Below, in pieces: positions 13,306 to 26,725 of a DNA stretch of 64,000 nt. The DNA is taken from assembly GCF_001447785.1 (NCBI RefSeq), contig NW_015175991.1, positions 120,712 through 184,711 on the forward strand, given 5' to 3'. This stretch comes from Gekko japonicus. Its lineage: Eukaryota. The notes below the pieces were generated by a model. The model was not told the origin of the DNA. It searched no databases and saw nothing but the letters and a program-made list of their open reading frames with translations. The position numbers and the translations under genes were made by a program. Each line of letters begins with the position of its first letter. The first letter of the stretch is position 1.

Positions 13306-14700
13306 GTAAGCTGTACATCTATCAACCCTAGCTATAATAAATTAAAATACATATCTGTAAGAAAAGCCTACGTTGAGAATTCTGTTGAATACTGCTTTAG
13401 AAAAGAATCCATTTATAGTTTAATAGCAATTTTAAGGTAAGCTGAAAGTAATAACAGGCGCATAGAATTCTTTTCCAGTGATGAGTCTCAACCAGCAACA
13501 ACGTAGGATTACATGTCATAAATGGGAGGCAGAAAGAATAGCCTTGAATATTGTGAGAGAAGTTCCACACCTGCTTTGTAGACTTGTCCATTTAGGGATG
13601 TGATACATCATTTAAAAACAGCTTGCCTTCTGGTTTACAACACTACAGTGTATTCACCAAAGTTACAGTGTATTCACCAGATTGTCCTTTGTCCAAAAGG
13701 GATTAACACTGTCAGGATGAACTCTAGCCAGGATGGTCAATTAGGAATGGAAATGAATGGATTATTCTAATATAAATTATTCAGGGGTCCAAGATCCCAG
13801 ACACTCTAAGTGGCACTCTTGCTATAGTAAGGTGTCAAGGTTTCTGTCACACACCCTTAATCCAGTGGGGGAGCCTGTGCTCCTGAAGCTGGCTTCCAAG
13901 TAGTTAAGTGCAGGTAACTGGGAGCTGATGTTTATGTCTGCACATTCTTTTTAAAAGGCAGTTTGTATTCCGTGCCCAAAAGAAACAATAAGATTTATCC
14001 CACTAGAGTGCACCTCAAATAGTTACATGGGCCATAATAGATTTTGACTAGCACTAAGCAAGCCACCACCCCATGGTGATACCAGGCTTCACCCTCTGAA
14101 GGTGGCTGACTCCACTATGGGCCATGTAAATGTTTGAAGGAGTGATCAGAACACCATTTCTCAGTTCTTGTGTGGGCTGAGAAACAACATTAAATCTCCT
14201 CTCCGCCCCCTCCCCAAAAGTTTCTTCATTGCATCTCAGAAGCTTGCAATGGGGAGATTTTCAATGGGAGATCAGGGTTAGAATGCTATCCTTAAGCCCA
14301 GAGGATGCCTGAGAGTCAGTGTTCCAATCCCCCCTCCCCCATTTCTCACCGTGTTCCTCTTCTGGGAAGGGGTGAGCAATTGGGGGGGGGTCAGAATGCC
14401 TCCCGTACTGCCCCCCCCCTTCCAGCCTCATGGAGAGTCATAACATAACTCTGCCAAGTCACACGTAGTATAACCATTGTTTACACTAATGTGTTTATTT
14501 TGCATACGTGTTCAATTTGTATGTCACTTTGGACCTAATATTTAAGGATGCACATAATTTGGAAGATGCAAAAAGAGAAACGAGGGGATGGCTAGAGGAA
14601 ATCAGTACCTGAGATCAGGAGAAAGGCAGGCCAATATGTACATCACAAACATCACTTTGCCTGAACTCTAGAGTTCTCCAGATTCTTTCTGTATTTGTTC

Positions 14701-14959
14701 CAAAAATATTTTCACAATCCTGAAATTCAGTGGAAGTCTTTTTTTAAAAAATCTGCTTCACAAATTAATTGCCGTGTAGTGAAGCTAATCTACGAAGGCA
14801 GGAAAGATAACTGAATAGGTTTTCAAAAATATGTTCACAATCCTGAAATTCAGTGAAAGTCTTTTTTAAAAAAAATCTGCTTCACAAATTAATAGCCTTA
14901 TAAGGATTGCCCTGTAGTGAAGCTAATGTACGAAGGCAGGAAAGATAACTGAATAGGTT
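14701..14959. repeat. Local tandem duplication (~120-135 bp unit, 2 copies)
   Basis: caaaaatat..tcacaatcctgaaattcagtg...gaaggcaggaaagataactgaataggtt occurs at 14701-14821 and 14824-14959. Confidence 0.9.
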
Positions 14960-15196
14960 ATATGGGTGTCTTTTTTTCCTTTACATGACTTTATACATAT
15001 GCAGATGTTGTGAACTTTGAGGGGGGGAAACAAATTTTGCTTGTTCTATAGTTTGAACATTTCAAACAGTAACTGAACTGCTGGTCATGTCTCACTCTTG
15101 CATACCATTTTTTTTGTAAGTTGTGGTGCACTCTTTTGTTTTGCTCTTATGCCTATGAGTTGCTGCGTGAATTGTGTTAGAATGCATTCGTGTTGA

Positions 15197-17056
<1,860 letters not shown>

Positions 17057-17319
17057 TAATCATAATGACAAAGTGCATTACATACTCCAGTAATTCTGTG
17101 GCCACCTTCAGAAAAGCATAGCTGGAAAACTGTTAGATTTCCTTACGATCTATCCCAGGGTGTGTGTGGGGAGGGGGTCTTTAGCAGAGTTGCAGGAAAT
17201 GTCTTTTGTTTCCATATCCAAGGTCTTTAATTACAGGTGGGTTTTGAAAATTCTTAAAACACAAACTGCCAACAATAGTATTCGACAGTGTCTTACAATT
17301 TTCTGTTGTCTGAAGTGTT

Positions 17320-17530
17320 GTGGTTAGATTGTCCAGCTAGATCTGGGAGATCCAGTTTCAGATCCTCACCCTGCCATGGAAGTTCATTGGGTGTCCTTGG
17401 GCCAGTCACGCATAATCAGCCTAGCCTGCCTCACAGGGTTGTTGTGAGGATAAAACAGAGGAGAGGAAAACGACACGGGCTGCTTTGGGTTCCCCTTGGG
17501 GAGAAAAGCAGGGTATAAATAAAATAAATA
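17320..17530 (+). mobile_element. tRNA-derived squamate SINE (Squam3-like)
   Basis: gatctgggagatccagtttcagatcc...cctcacagggttgttgtgaggataaaa...ggagaaaagcagggtataaataaaataaa. Confidence 0.75.
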
Positions 17531-17679
17531 TCAAATATTGGCAACAGAATTTCTGTGTTTAAAGAAGTCCTCTAATGGATCAGAGCTAAGTACAAACATA
17601 AATGTGCGGTGCCTCTAAGCTGTACAGCCATAGCTTGAAATGCAGTCCCTTTCAGATTCTTCAGAACTTTTGTATGTAA

Positions 17680-17934
<255 letters not shown>

Positions 17935-18799
17935 TAGTACCTAAATACAAAGAAACTGCAAGAACTGTATGCCCCAAGTCATAACTTCTGCTTCTGAGAA
18001 ACAGCTAAGGAGGTGCATGTAAAATGCATACTTGTTAATTTTCTGGAAAATTTGGACTGGAGTACAAAAGCAGGACCTGAGCTACTTCATATGGACACAA
18101 TATAGAGGCAGCTGTGTGGGGGAAGGTACGACTTGAAATCTGCAAACTTAAGTGTCACTCAGTTTTCTTTTTATATTTTTTGAAATAATTACAAAATGAA
18201 AAATTTGAATTGGAAAATATTCTGGAGGAAATTCCCATTTCCTGTAGTAGAGCATGTATTGATTCAGCATGTTTATTTTGACTTATATTTAATGGTAAAC
18301 AAAACTTTTTTAATGATATGTGCCAGTGGCAGACACGTGAACTGAAATATTTGATTGGGGAAAGGTAAACCAAATGTTTAATATTTTTATTGGAATTGTG
18401 CTTTAAATAAAGACAATTTTTTTACATTGTTCACATCTTTAAAAAAAACAACTCAAAGGCATTGAAAACTGTTGACGCTAATTTTAGCACAGCTAAAGAA
18501 TTGTGGAAGATACGCTGTGGGCGTGACTTGTCCACTAATCTGTTTCAACAGAACTCTGCTCTCTTGCTCCTCTATTTCACTGTCACTCTCCGTAACATTA
18601 CTTGTTAGTTCCGTATTAGATCTGTGATTACAGTATTCTAGCCACTGTACGACAGGAGACATATACACTTTGGCTATGCACATCAAGTCAAAACCAAAGG
18701 TGATCATAACTTTATTTTTAAAATTTGGATTGTTTGTTTTATACCACCACCTCCAAGTTTACAAATCAGTAGAACATATATGTATTATCTCACAAGTCA

Positions 18800-19000
18800 T
18801 AGAACATTGGGCTACAATGTGGGAGACCCAGGTTTGAATTTTCACTGTGCGCTGAATCTTGCTGTGTGACCTTGGCCCAGTCATAAACTCTCTCTCAACC
18901 TAACCTACCTCATAGGACAACTGTTAAGTTAAAATGGAGGAAGGGAGAATAATACTATACTCCACTTTGGGGTCCTCATTGGGAGAAAAACATCTAAATA
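18800..19000 (+). mobile_element. tRNA-derived squamate SINE, decayed
   Basis: gggagacccaggtttgaatt...gaccttggcccagtca...cctaacctacctcatagg...aaaatggagg. Confidence 0.65.
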
Positions 19001-19268
19001 CAATTAAGATGTATAAAAATCTAAATACAGATCCTAAGGATTATCACCTTTGACTATCAAGCTAACCTAATGTTGCATAGGCAGTGGTATCAATTTATGG
19101 TTAATTTTATGTAAAAATGAACTTTTAGAAATGGAAACACAGATTTTTTCTGGTTCACATTTCTGGTCATATTTGAGTGTTAAGGGAGAACAGCACTGCG
19201 TGTGTGTGCGTGCGTGCTGGGTTTTTTGTTAACATTCTGGTTTTGTGTGTGTGTGTGTTTTCTTAAAG

Positions 19269-19400
19269 GCCCACTCAGCTTCTGCTCTAGAAAACTATAC
19301 ATCTCAGCCTGATGGTTTTACTACATACCCACCAGCATCAGGAACTCCAGGAGCAGCTTTTACGTTGCAAGCGAGTCTGCCCCAGAGTGGATGGCAATAA
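19269..19400 (+). CDS. PROSER1: PROSER1 last coding exon
   Basis: aaAG|gcc; AHSASALENYTSQPDGFTTYPPASGTPGAAFTLQASLPQSGWQ-stop matches the PROSER1 C-terminus (..QSGWQ*). Confidence 0.95.
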   Translation, partial: AHSASALENYTSQPDGFTTYPPASGTPGAAFTLQASLPQSGWQ

Positions 19401-20047
19401 ACTACTTCAGTTTCTCATGCAGAGAGAGTCCTTCCCGAAGAATGTTGTGGCAGCTTGGCAAAGCCACTGATGGTGCTCCCATTGAAGGTTTTGGAAAATA
19501 TTTACTTCAGTGTGTACCACTGAAGAGGAAGAGAAGGAGGATTCTGAGAAGCTGTTTCGGACACACTACAAAAGACAAACTATTTCACTTTTTATCAATA
19601 AAAAGTACTGGGTGTCCCTAATTCCATTTTTAGCTAGTAAAAGTTGAGGATACTTGGATCTTCACATGATCCAGTCTAGGGGTCAGTATTTTTTTTAAAG
19701 TGGTTTGGGGTAAGAAATGTTACATGAACTTTTCAGGACTAATTTAATCCCATGTTTGAAATGTGGGTTTTGATTATTAAAAAAAATCAGAGGCTGCCAG
19801 AATGTCAGATGTTCTCCTTTCTCCCCACTTCATGTTACATATCAGATTCATTGCTGATCTTCCCAGGCTATAGAAACTAATACTTTACACAAAAGGCAGA
19901 GTCAATTCCAACCCTCTGCCTTTCATTTTTTAATGTTCTGCATTGCCTTTCCAATTCATGGTTGCACATCTGTATCTAAATGCTATAAAATACTATAATA
20001 TGTATGAAATTGCCCCTATTCTTTACCTGAACATGTTTCCAATTGTA

Positions 20048-20189
20048 GGCTGCGATCACACACACTAAATAATCCACTTTCAACCTACTTTCAGTGCACT
20101 TTTGAATTGGATTATGCCAATTCATACAGTAAAATCCAGTTGGAAAGTGCATTGAAAGTGGATTATTTAGTGTGTGTGTGATCACAGCC
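20048..20189. mobile_element. Palindromic MITE in the presumed PROSER1 3'UTR
   Basis: Long TIRs GGCTGCGATCACACACACTAAATAATCCACTTTCAA / TTGAAAGTGGATTATTTAGTGTGTGTGTGATCACAGCC. Confidence 0.8.
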
Positions 20190-21054
20190 AATCATCAGTA
20201 TTTCTTTACCCTCCAAGGATGCCAGGAAGCCCCACTTTAGGAAACTTAAGTATTAGTTTATTTTTAAAAATATCCTTTTGCAAGTCCTAGACTTCAGTGC
20301 ACAATTACTGTAGCTCATTAGGGCTTGTATATATAATTCATGGTTTGTTTTATGAGTAACACGTAATTTTGTGTCTCCTATTGGTAAAGCATTGGTTGAA
20401 GCTCCAGTGCATCAAATGCATCACTTCAGATTCTGCCTAACGTGTCAAAGGCCTGCTGATTTGTGAACAGAGTAGTCATTTGTCTTAAATGAAAAGAACT
20501 GCACTAATATATAATGCTGTATTGTAGTCATATCAGAATGAATTCCATGGCTAAAAAAAGAATGCATCTAAAACCTCTTTGAAAGATGCAAATTTAAACC
20601 TTTGAAAGATGCAAATGTAAACCTTTAAAATGTATTCTCCACCTTATGCGCCTACACGTGGCTGGCACTAGATTATCCCCTGCTTCCAGACTGCAGAAGC
20701 CAGCAGTATACTCACAAGGATTTTAAAGACAGTTGGCTCACTTGAAGTAGAAATTATGCAATACAAGATATGGATGATGCTCTTGTTATGTTAATGAAGT
20801 GCTCTATACTGTTTTAGTATATGTAGTTAATACTAGGGATTTTTTATCTCTTAAAGTCTTGATCACGTTATAGATCTATAGTAGTGATATACTTGATTTT
20901 TTTAAATGTGAATTGTCAGAAAAAGCAGAGCTTGATATCTTTTTTTCTTCTAAAGATGGAAGTGTACTAGATGGGATTAATATAGAGGTTTCCACAAGTG
21001 AAAAGGCATGAAGAACACTAATGTGTATATATCTGTATTTTTATAAAGTTTTTT

Positions 21055-21105
21055 AATAAAATGTGTAGGGATGGTACACACATTTCTAAAGTAGACTGGA
21101 ATAAA
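21055..21105 (+). terminator. Candidate distal polyadenylation signals of PROSER1
   Basis: AATAAA at 21055-21060 and 21100-21105 in AU-rich context with downstream GT/T-rich sequence; a proximal AATAAA lies at ~19597. Confidence 0.5.
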
Positions 21106-21309
21106 CAATCTTTACAAAACTGTTTTGCCTTTCATTGACAAAGTGAAGAAAATTAAAGTGAACACATTTGTGTTTTTTTGAGGCAGGATCTTTGTAAAAA
21201 TAGTAAGACTATTTAAGACTCAGATTTGAAGAAAGAAATGTTCATCTAATATATTTGTACCCTAAAGTAGTTGAGTAAATTCCTTACATAGTCCAAATAA
21301 AATGGAGGG

Positions 21310-21425
21310 GCAAGAAGTGAGTTTTGACTCCCAAAAGCTTAAGGTGCTGGAATATTTTGTTCTTTGAGGTGCTACTGGAATTGAATTGTGTTCTGCTACT
21401 GCAGACTAACACTGTCACCCACCTA
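21310..21425 (+). mobile_element. Short Penelope-derived repeat remnant
   Basis: gaagtgagttttgactcccaaaagctta...aggtgctactgga...ctactgcagactaacac; related pieces at ~23925-24010 (-), ~36483-36630, ~56245-56315 and ~61595-61700. Confidence 0.5.
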
Positions 21426-21465
21426 AGTATATCTATACCCAAATTTTCATTTTGGGAAGTGTTGT

Positions 21466-21700
21466 TAGGGTTGCCAGGTACCCCCTGGTCACTGGCAGAG
21501 GATGGGAGGGTAGGGTTGCTAGATCCAGGTAGAGAAACTCCTGGAGATTTGGGGGTGGAGCCTGGGAAGGACAGGGACCTCAGTAGGGTACAATGCCACA
21601 GAGTCCATCCTCTGAAGCAATAAGCATCCCTTTTCTCCAGAGGAACTGATCTCTGTAGTCTGGAGATGAGCATCCTGCAACCTGGAAGCTAGCATCCCGA
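21466..21700. mobile_element. Non-autonomous DNA transposon (hAT-like MITE)
   Basis: Starts TAGGGTTGCCA, with an internal repeat of that motif and a decayed inverted end (ctagcatcccga). Confidence 0.6.
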
Positions 21701-22034
21701 AGTTGTTTGGAAGTCCCTTGTTTTCATTTTGTAAATGTAAAAATATTCAGACTTTTAGTAAGGATTATGACATGCACACAATCAACATCTACTGTCCACT
21801 AGCTTTCTTTGTACAAATGTTAAGCATCTGGGAGAGGGGCCATGGCTCAGTCAGTGGTACAGAATCACGGGCATTCAGAAGGTAATTAAGAGAAAATTTG
21901 CCTTTGATACTCAACTAAGGTTCCTGTTCTAATTGTGTTTCTGTGAACTGCAGAGAAGTGAGGACAAAAGAGAAGGATGCTAATGTGAGCTACTTTTGTC
22001 TTCAAATTCAAAACTTCTGCTCAGGGCTTGTGAA

Positions 22035-22239
22035 CAATGCTCCCTCTAAGCTGTGGAGTCTTGTGAGCAAAAATTCTACTTTGTGAGCGACTGGCATTCA
22101 AGTTGTGGGCGAGCGATTTGGCTGCTGGCTGCATAAATTAATTTGCTCTGGAGCCATCCTTCCTGAGCTAAGGCAAAAATGTGTGAGCCGGAGGCTAAAA
22201 AAACTGAACTAGCTCACACTCAGTTTAAAGGGAACACTG
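22035..22239 (+). mobile_element. hAT-type MITE (copy 2)
   Basis: Same sequence and TIRs as 8265-8471; flank CTTGTGAA (22027-22034) recurs at 22245-22252. Confidence 0.9.
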
Positions 22240-22399
22240 CTTCACTTGTGAATCTAAAATTGCCATTTTGTTTACAACGACAGAAGAGTGAGCTAGAATT
22301 CAGGCCGTATTTCATCAAACCACACAAAAGTTCAAGAAACTGGAGAGTAGCAAATCAACGCGCATGCAACAGATCACTGGTTTGCGAGGAAACCTCATT

Positions 22400-22990
22400 T
22401 TAAAAAACCCTCTCAAACAGCGAGGCTATCTCCTCTCCCCCCTCCCCCCCCCCCGGGGTCCCCAGGGCTTGGGGAGTGGCGCGTTGATTTTGCATTTCGG
22501 TCGCGGCTGTGCCGTCATGGGCGTCTTCGCTCTTTTTGCACATGCGTTGTGCATTCTCTGTCGAAGAGCGCTGTTCTGGTGGAGGGGGAGTGACATGGAG
22601 TCGTCGGTCGAGGAATTGATGCCCCGGCTTTTGCCTGTGGAGGATTGTGACATCGCGGAGGATTTCGATCCTAGTGTGCCCCCCAGAACACCCCAAGAGT
22701 ATTTAAAGCGGGTTCAGTAAGTGAGCTGATCGAGGGTCTGCGCCCGCCGCAGTGGAGAGAAGAGAAAGAGCAGGGTTGGGAGTGGGGCTGCCCCTGGTGA
22801 GTGGATTGATCCGGCCCTCCTTTTGGAGATGGGCTTGTAGCCGTCCCTTCCGTAAGGTGGTAGGGAGGAATAGAAATGCTTGCCGTCACTCAGTCGGTAT
22901 TAAGATAACTGGATCGGCCGGGTTGCCTCTTCTAGTGCGCTCACAGTTTCCATAAGGTTCAACTAGACACGCGTTTTCCTCTATAAACAA
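22400..22990. promoter_or_regulatory. CpG-rich promoter/first-exon region of GEMIN2
   Basis: Sharp local rise in GC and CpG around the first coding exon. Confidence 0.75.
22595..22716 (+). CDS. GEMIN2: Gem-associated protein 2, exon 1
   Basis: [41 protein letters not shown]; donor ca|GTaagt; 10 exons total 795 nt = 264 aa + stop. Confidence 0.95.
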
Positions 22991-23323
22991 GCGCGTTACG
23001 TTCTGCCTAGATTTGGCAACTAGTACCGAATGGGGTTGTTTATATTATATGATCTTAATGAAGAATCTACTTGCTTCCTGTAGGTATGCGGTATATTTTC
23101 AAGGCTTGTTGGATAAAGGTGCCTACGCTTATTTTCATTAATAGTCTGATTCTGCCTATGCTCCTTCTGTAACATTGCTTGTCTGGAGCTGGTTGGTAGT
23201 AGTATCGCATCATTGAATAAATGGGGGGGTAAAATCTACACAAGAGTAATTGAAATTAATGCAGTGCAGATGCACTTTTTTCTGGGTTTCACTCGGTGTT
23301 AGAAGGCACCCATTTGATCAACT

Positions 23324-23735
23324 ACGGTCCCAGTCACACGGAGGGTTTTGGCCCGGGTGAGGGACGGATCGGGGCTGCAGCAAATGGGCGCGATCTCACC
23401 ACAACATCTGGGAAGTGGTGCGCACCCGTCCCCGATCAGTCCCTAACCCCAGAAACCCCCGCAGCAAAAAACCCCCACCGACAGAGGTGGTCTTACCTGA
23501 ATGGCCGCGGCAAGCGTGGCCGTGGGATCGCCGGCGCATCCCGGCTCCTGGCCGAACTGTGCATGCAAATGCATGCGCAGCCAGCTGCCTCGGTCTCCCG
23601 ACCGTGGCTTCCTCCCCGGCATCTGATCATGCCGGGGAGCAACGGCGCCGCGGCTCAGGGAATCCGTGTGATCCCGCTGCTGTGTGTCTATTTTGGTGTG
23701 GCTTCCAAAAGCCGCACTTTGGCCACGCAGAGGCC
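23324..23735. mobile_element. GC/CpG-rich, partly palindromic repeat (probable truncated MITE)
   Basis: Abrupt CpG-rich block in an AT-rich intron, with imperfect symmetry around gtgcatgcaaatgcatgcgc; only one terminus is recognisable. Confidence 0.4.
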
Positions 23736-24012
23736 AGAATAATTTGTGACCCATTCACAAGCTGAATATGGCCCACAAACCTTGGGGCCTGCCAGGTGCC
23801 ACACGGGTCCTGTGTTTTGGCAAGGCAGGCTATTGTCCCAAGAGAGTTTCAGAATATGAATACATGTGGATTAAATAAGGAACACTTTATTCTACTTTTA
23901 TACAGTGAATTGCAATAAAAATTATAGAACAAAGTTTGAGTCCAGTGGCAGCTTTAATACCAATAATGTTTTAATTCTGGCTATAAGCTTTAATTGGTTT
24001 GCACACTTCATC

Positions 24013-24342
24013 TGCGGTGGCTCAAGTGGTTAAGACGCTGAACTGCAGGCTGTAGTTCAGCAGTTCGAGACCCTAGTGTGCCGCATGATGGAGTGAGCTC
24101 CCATCTCTAGTTCCAGCTCCTGCCAACCTAGCAGTTCGAAAGCAAGAAATTGCAAGTAGATAAATCGGTACCGCTTCGGTGGGAAGGTAACAGCGTTCCG
24201 TACGCCTTGGTGTTTAGTCATGCCGGCCACATGACCACGGAAACGTCTTCAGACAGCGGCTCTTCGGCTTGGAAACGGAGATGAGCACCACAACCCTAGA
24301 GTCGGACTCGACTGGCTTTCGAGCAAGGGAACCTTTACCTTT
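24013..24342 (+). mobile_element. Sauria SINE, near full length
   Basis: tRNA-like head gtggctcaagtggttaag, body gccaacctagcagttcgaaagc...ggagatgagcacc, (ACCTTT)n tail; 10-bp TSD ACACTTCATC (24003-24012, 24343-24352). Confidence 0.9.
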
Positions 24343-25211
24343 ACACTTCATCAAATATGCCAAATTATAGTCTGAAATGAAATATTTTGATTCTATAATC
24401 TCTGTCACAACCTTTTCTGCCACTAGACAGAAAACAGCCTAAAAATAAAGCTGCTTCAGAAAGAAAGCAAAAAAGAACGAAAAGAAATACTTAAACCACC
24501 AAAAAATGCTGGATTGCAAAGATTTTATAAGAAAGGCTCAGTTGCCTTCAAAACTTCGGCTATGGGACTATGAATCCAAAACTTCCATTTTATTCAAGCC
24601 ATATATCGATTGGCGCAAGTTTAGAAATAATTATGAGAGAGTACTGTCGGGGCAGAGTTGCCATCTTCATGTAAAGTTTTTTTGTGCATGAACGTAATGT
24701 GGAGAAAGTTTTAGCTACTTCGTTTCTGTGGGCCATGTTGGTATTTTAAAAAGAGCTGGGTCAGTAAAAAAGTTGGCAACTACTCAGAACTGGGGAGACA
24801 GCAGGTGAGAGATTAGGGTTCCAAGGAAGACAGTTGTGTTTCAGCTGTGAGACTGCATGCTTCAGTACAGCAAACAAGAAATTTTTGTGGAATGTTGGTG
24901 TATAAAAATATAATTTGGTTTTAAGTGGTCAGCATTGACACTTGTTATGAAGATCTCATGGGTCCTATAAAAAAATCCAGATTATATGAAAGAGAAGAAG
25001 GCAATAGAGAGGCCCTGCAGGAGCTCAGCTGGGACAGAAAAGTAGGGGAGATTGTGGTAACTTCCTTAAATCATTGTTGTATTGTTAGTCATATAGAAAA
25101 ATCTTTTTAGATGTGAAAAAAATGTAAGAATTCCTGGATAATTTCTGTGCATCTCCAGAAACTGGAAGACATTAAAAACAAAATTGGGACACTTGTTTTC
25201 TTGTTTTGTAG

Positions 25212-25296
25212 GATTGAAGCTGCAAAATGCCCCGATGTTGTTGTGGCCCAGATTGACCCAAGAAAACTGAAAAAGAAACAGACAGTGAATATTTCA
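25212..25296 (+). CDS. GEMIN2: GEMIN2 exon 2
   Basis: AG/GT flanks; [28 protein letters not shown]. Confidence 0.96.
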
Positions 25297-25566
25297 GTAA
25301 GTTCTGGGGAAAGGTGGTGACAAAATTTGTTTTGCATGGTCCAAGGACCTCAGGGCAGCAGTAAACGTTGAGAATCTCCTTGTTATGGTTTCACAACAGC
25401 GGTGGCTGGTCTGAAGTCATATAGTGAGCTTCACAACTGAGCAGAGATTTGAATCCTTTCCCCTGACCCATCTTAGTCTAACATTCTAGCCCCTATACCA
25501 CGGTGTTCTCTTGTTCATTTAAGAGTGGACTGTGGCTGTAACATGCTGAGTGTTCAGCAAGACTAC

Positions 25567-25634
25567 CCTCCATCCTGATTGTACAAGGTGTTTATGGATT
25601 ACCAATAAAACACCTTGTACAATCAGGATGGAGG
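25567..25634. repeat. Perfect 27-bp inverted repeat with a 14-nt loop
   Basis: cctccatcctgattgtacaaggtgttt (25567-25593) / aaacaccttgtacaatcaggatggagg (25608-25634). Confidence 0.92.
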
Positions 25635-25767
25635 ATTACCAATATATGGACGTGAGCAGGATTAGGAGCCCTGTATTTGATGTAAGTTCACTTAACAAGA
25701 TAGCTGTGAGACCTTACATCAAATATTTAGATATCAGCAATCATAGAAGAATTTTTACCCTATTATA

Positions 25768-26085
25768 GGAAAGAAGGAGGGAAGAAAGAAAGAGAGAAGG
25801 AGGGGAAGAAGGAAAGAAGAAGGAGTAGGGGAAGAAAGAAGGAGAATCAAATAGGGAGAGAAGGAAAGGAGGGAAAGAAGGAAAAAAGGAAGGAAAGAGA
25901 GAGAGAAGGAAAGTAGGAGGGAAAGAAGGAAGGAAAAAAGGAGGGAAAGGGAAAGAAAGAAGGAAAAAAGGGAGAGAGAGAAGGAAGGAGAAAGGGAAAC
26001 AGAGAAGGAAAAGGGGAAAGAAGGAGGGAAAGAAAGAAGGATAAAAGGAGGGAAAGAAAGAAAGGGAGAAGGAAAAAGAAGGGAA
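25768..26085 (+). repeat. Polypurine low-complexity tract, degenerate (GAAG/GAAA)n
   Basis: ~320 bp that is almost entirely A/G. Confidence 0.95.
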
Positions 26086-26193
26086 TAACAAAGCTTCTTG
26101 CAGAGTTCATGTAGATGGTGTCTAGTCTTCCAGAACAAAACTTGGAATTGCTGTGGTGCAGGCCAGTCTTAAAAGGTTTTAGCAAAACAGACC

Positions 26194-26725
26194 TGTCATG
26201 ATCTGGCCTGTGCCACCAGAGGCCTACTAGGCCCAGGGAGCCTGGCTAGCAGTAAGGGAGGCTGGGCCTACAAACCCCAGAAGGCCTTGGGAAGTTTTGG
26301 TGCCGATTTTGACCAATAGGGAAGAAGAGGGCTGGGGAATATAGGAACTGGTACAAGAGGGAAAGCTGTTCTTCTTCCCAGGGAACAGAGCCAGAAGGGA
26401 CTGAGGCTGCTGTGGGGAAGAAACCCTCATCCTGAGGGAAGGGTGAGTAGTCTAAGGCCACGATAGTGAGCTAGGGACAGTATATTTTTAGACGCGTTAG
26501 GGCATTTGATTTCTTTTCACCCACTTACTGTTATTATTCTGCACCTTGTTTGTTTGACCTCCTATAAAATAAATTATTTTCATTGTTCACTCTGCTTGGT
26601 CCTCACGCCTATTATTCGGCCAAATGGGAGGTCTAAAGGCCTGGGAGGGTGCTCTGGGCCTTCTCAGAGGAGCCTGGAACCAGAGTGGTGGCAGCATCAG
26701 GTGACACCCCACCTGAGCCATGACA
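26194..26725 (+). mobile_element. Solo LTR (Gypsy/ERV type)
   Basis: TGTCATG...CATGACA inverted termini, 532 bp, internal AATAAA (~26568), 5-bp flanks AGACC/GGACC (one mismatch). Confidence 0.78.

Noticed and set aside
25741-26185. Phe/Ser/Leu/Pro-rich ORFs in three minus-strand frames
   Set aside because: Translation of the polypurine/polypyrimidine tract.
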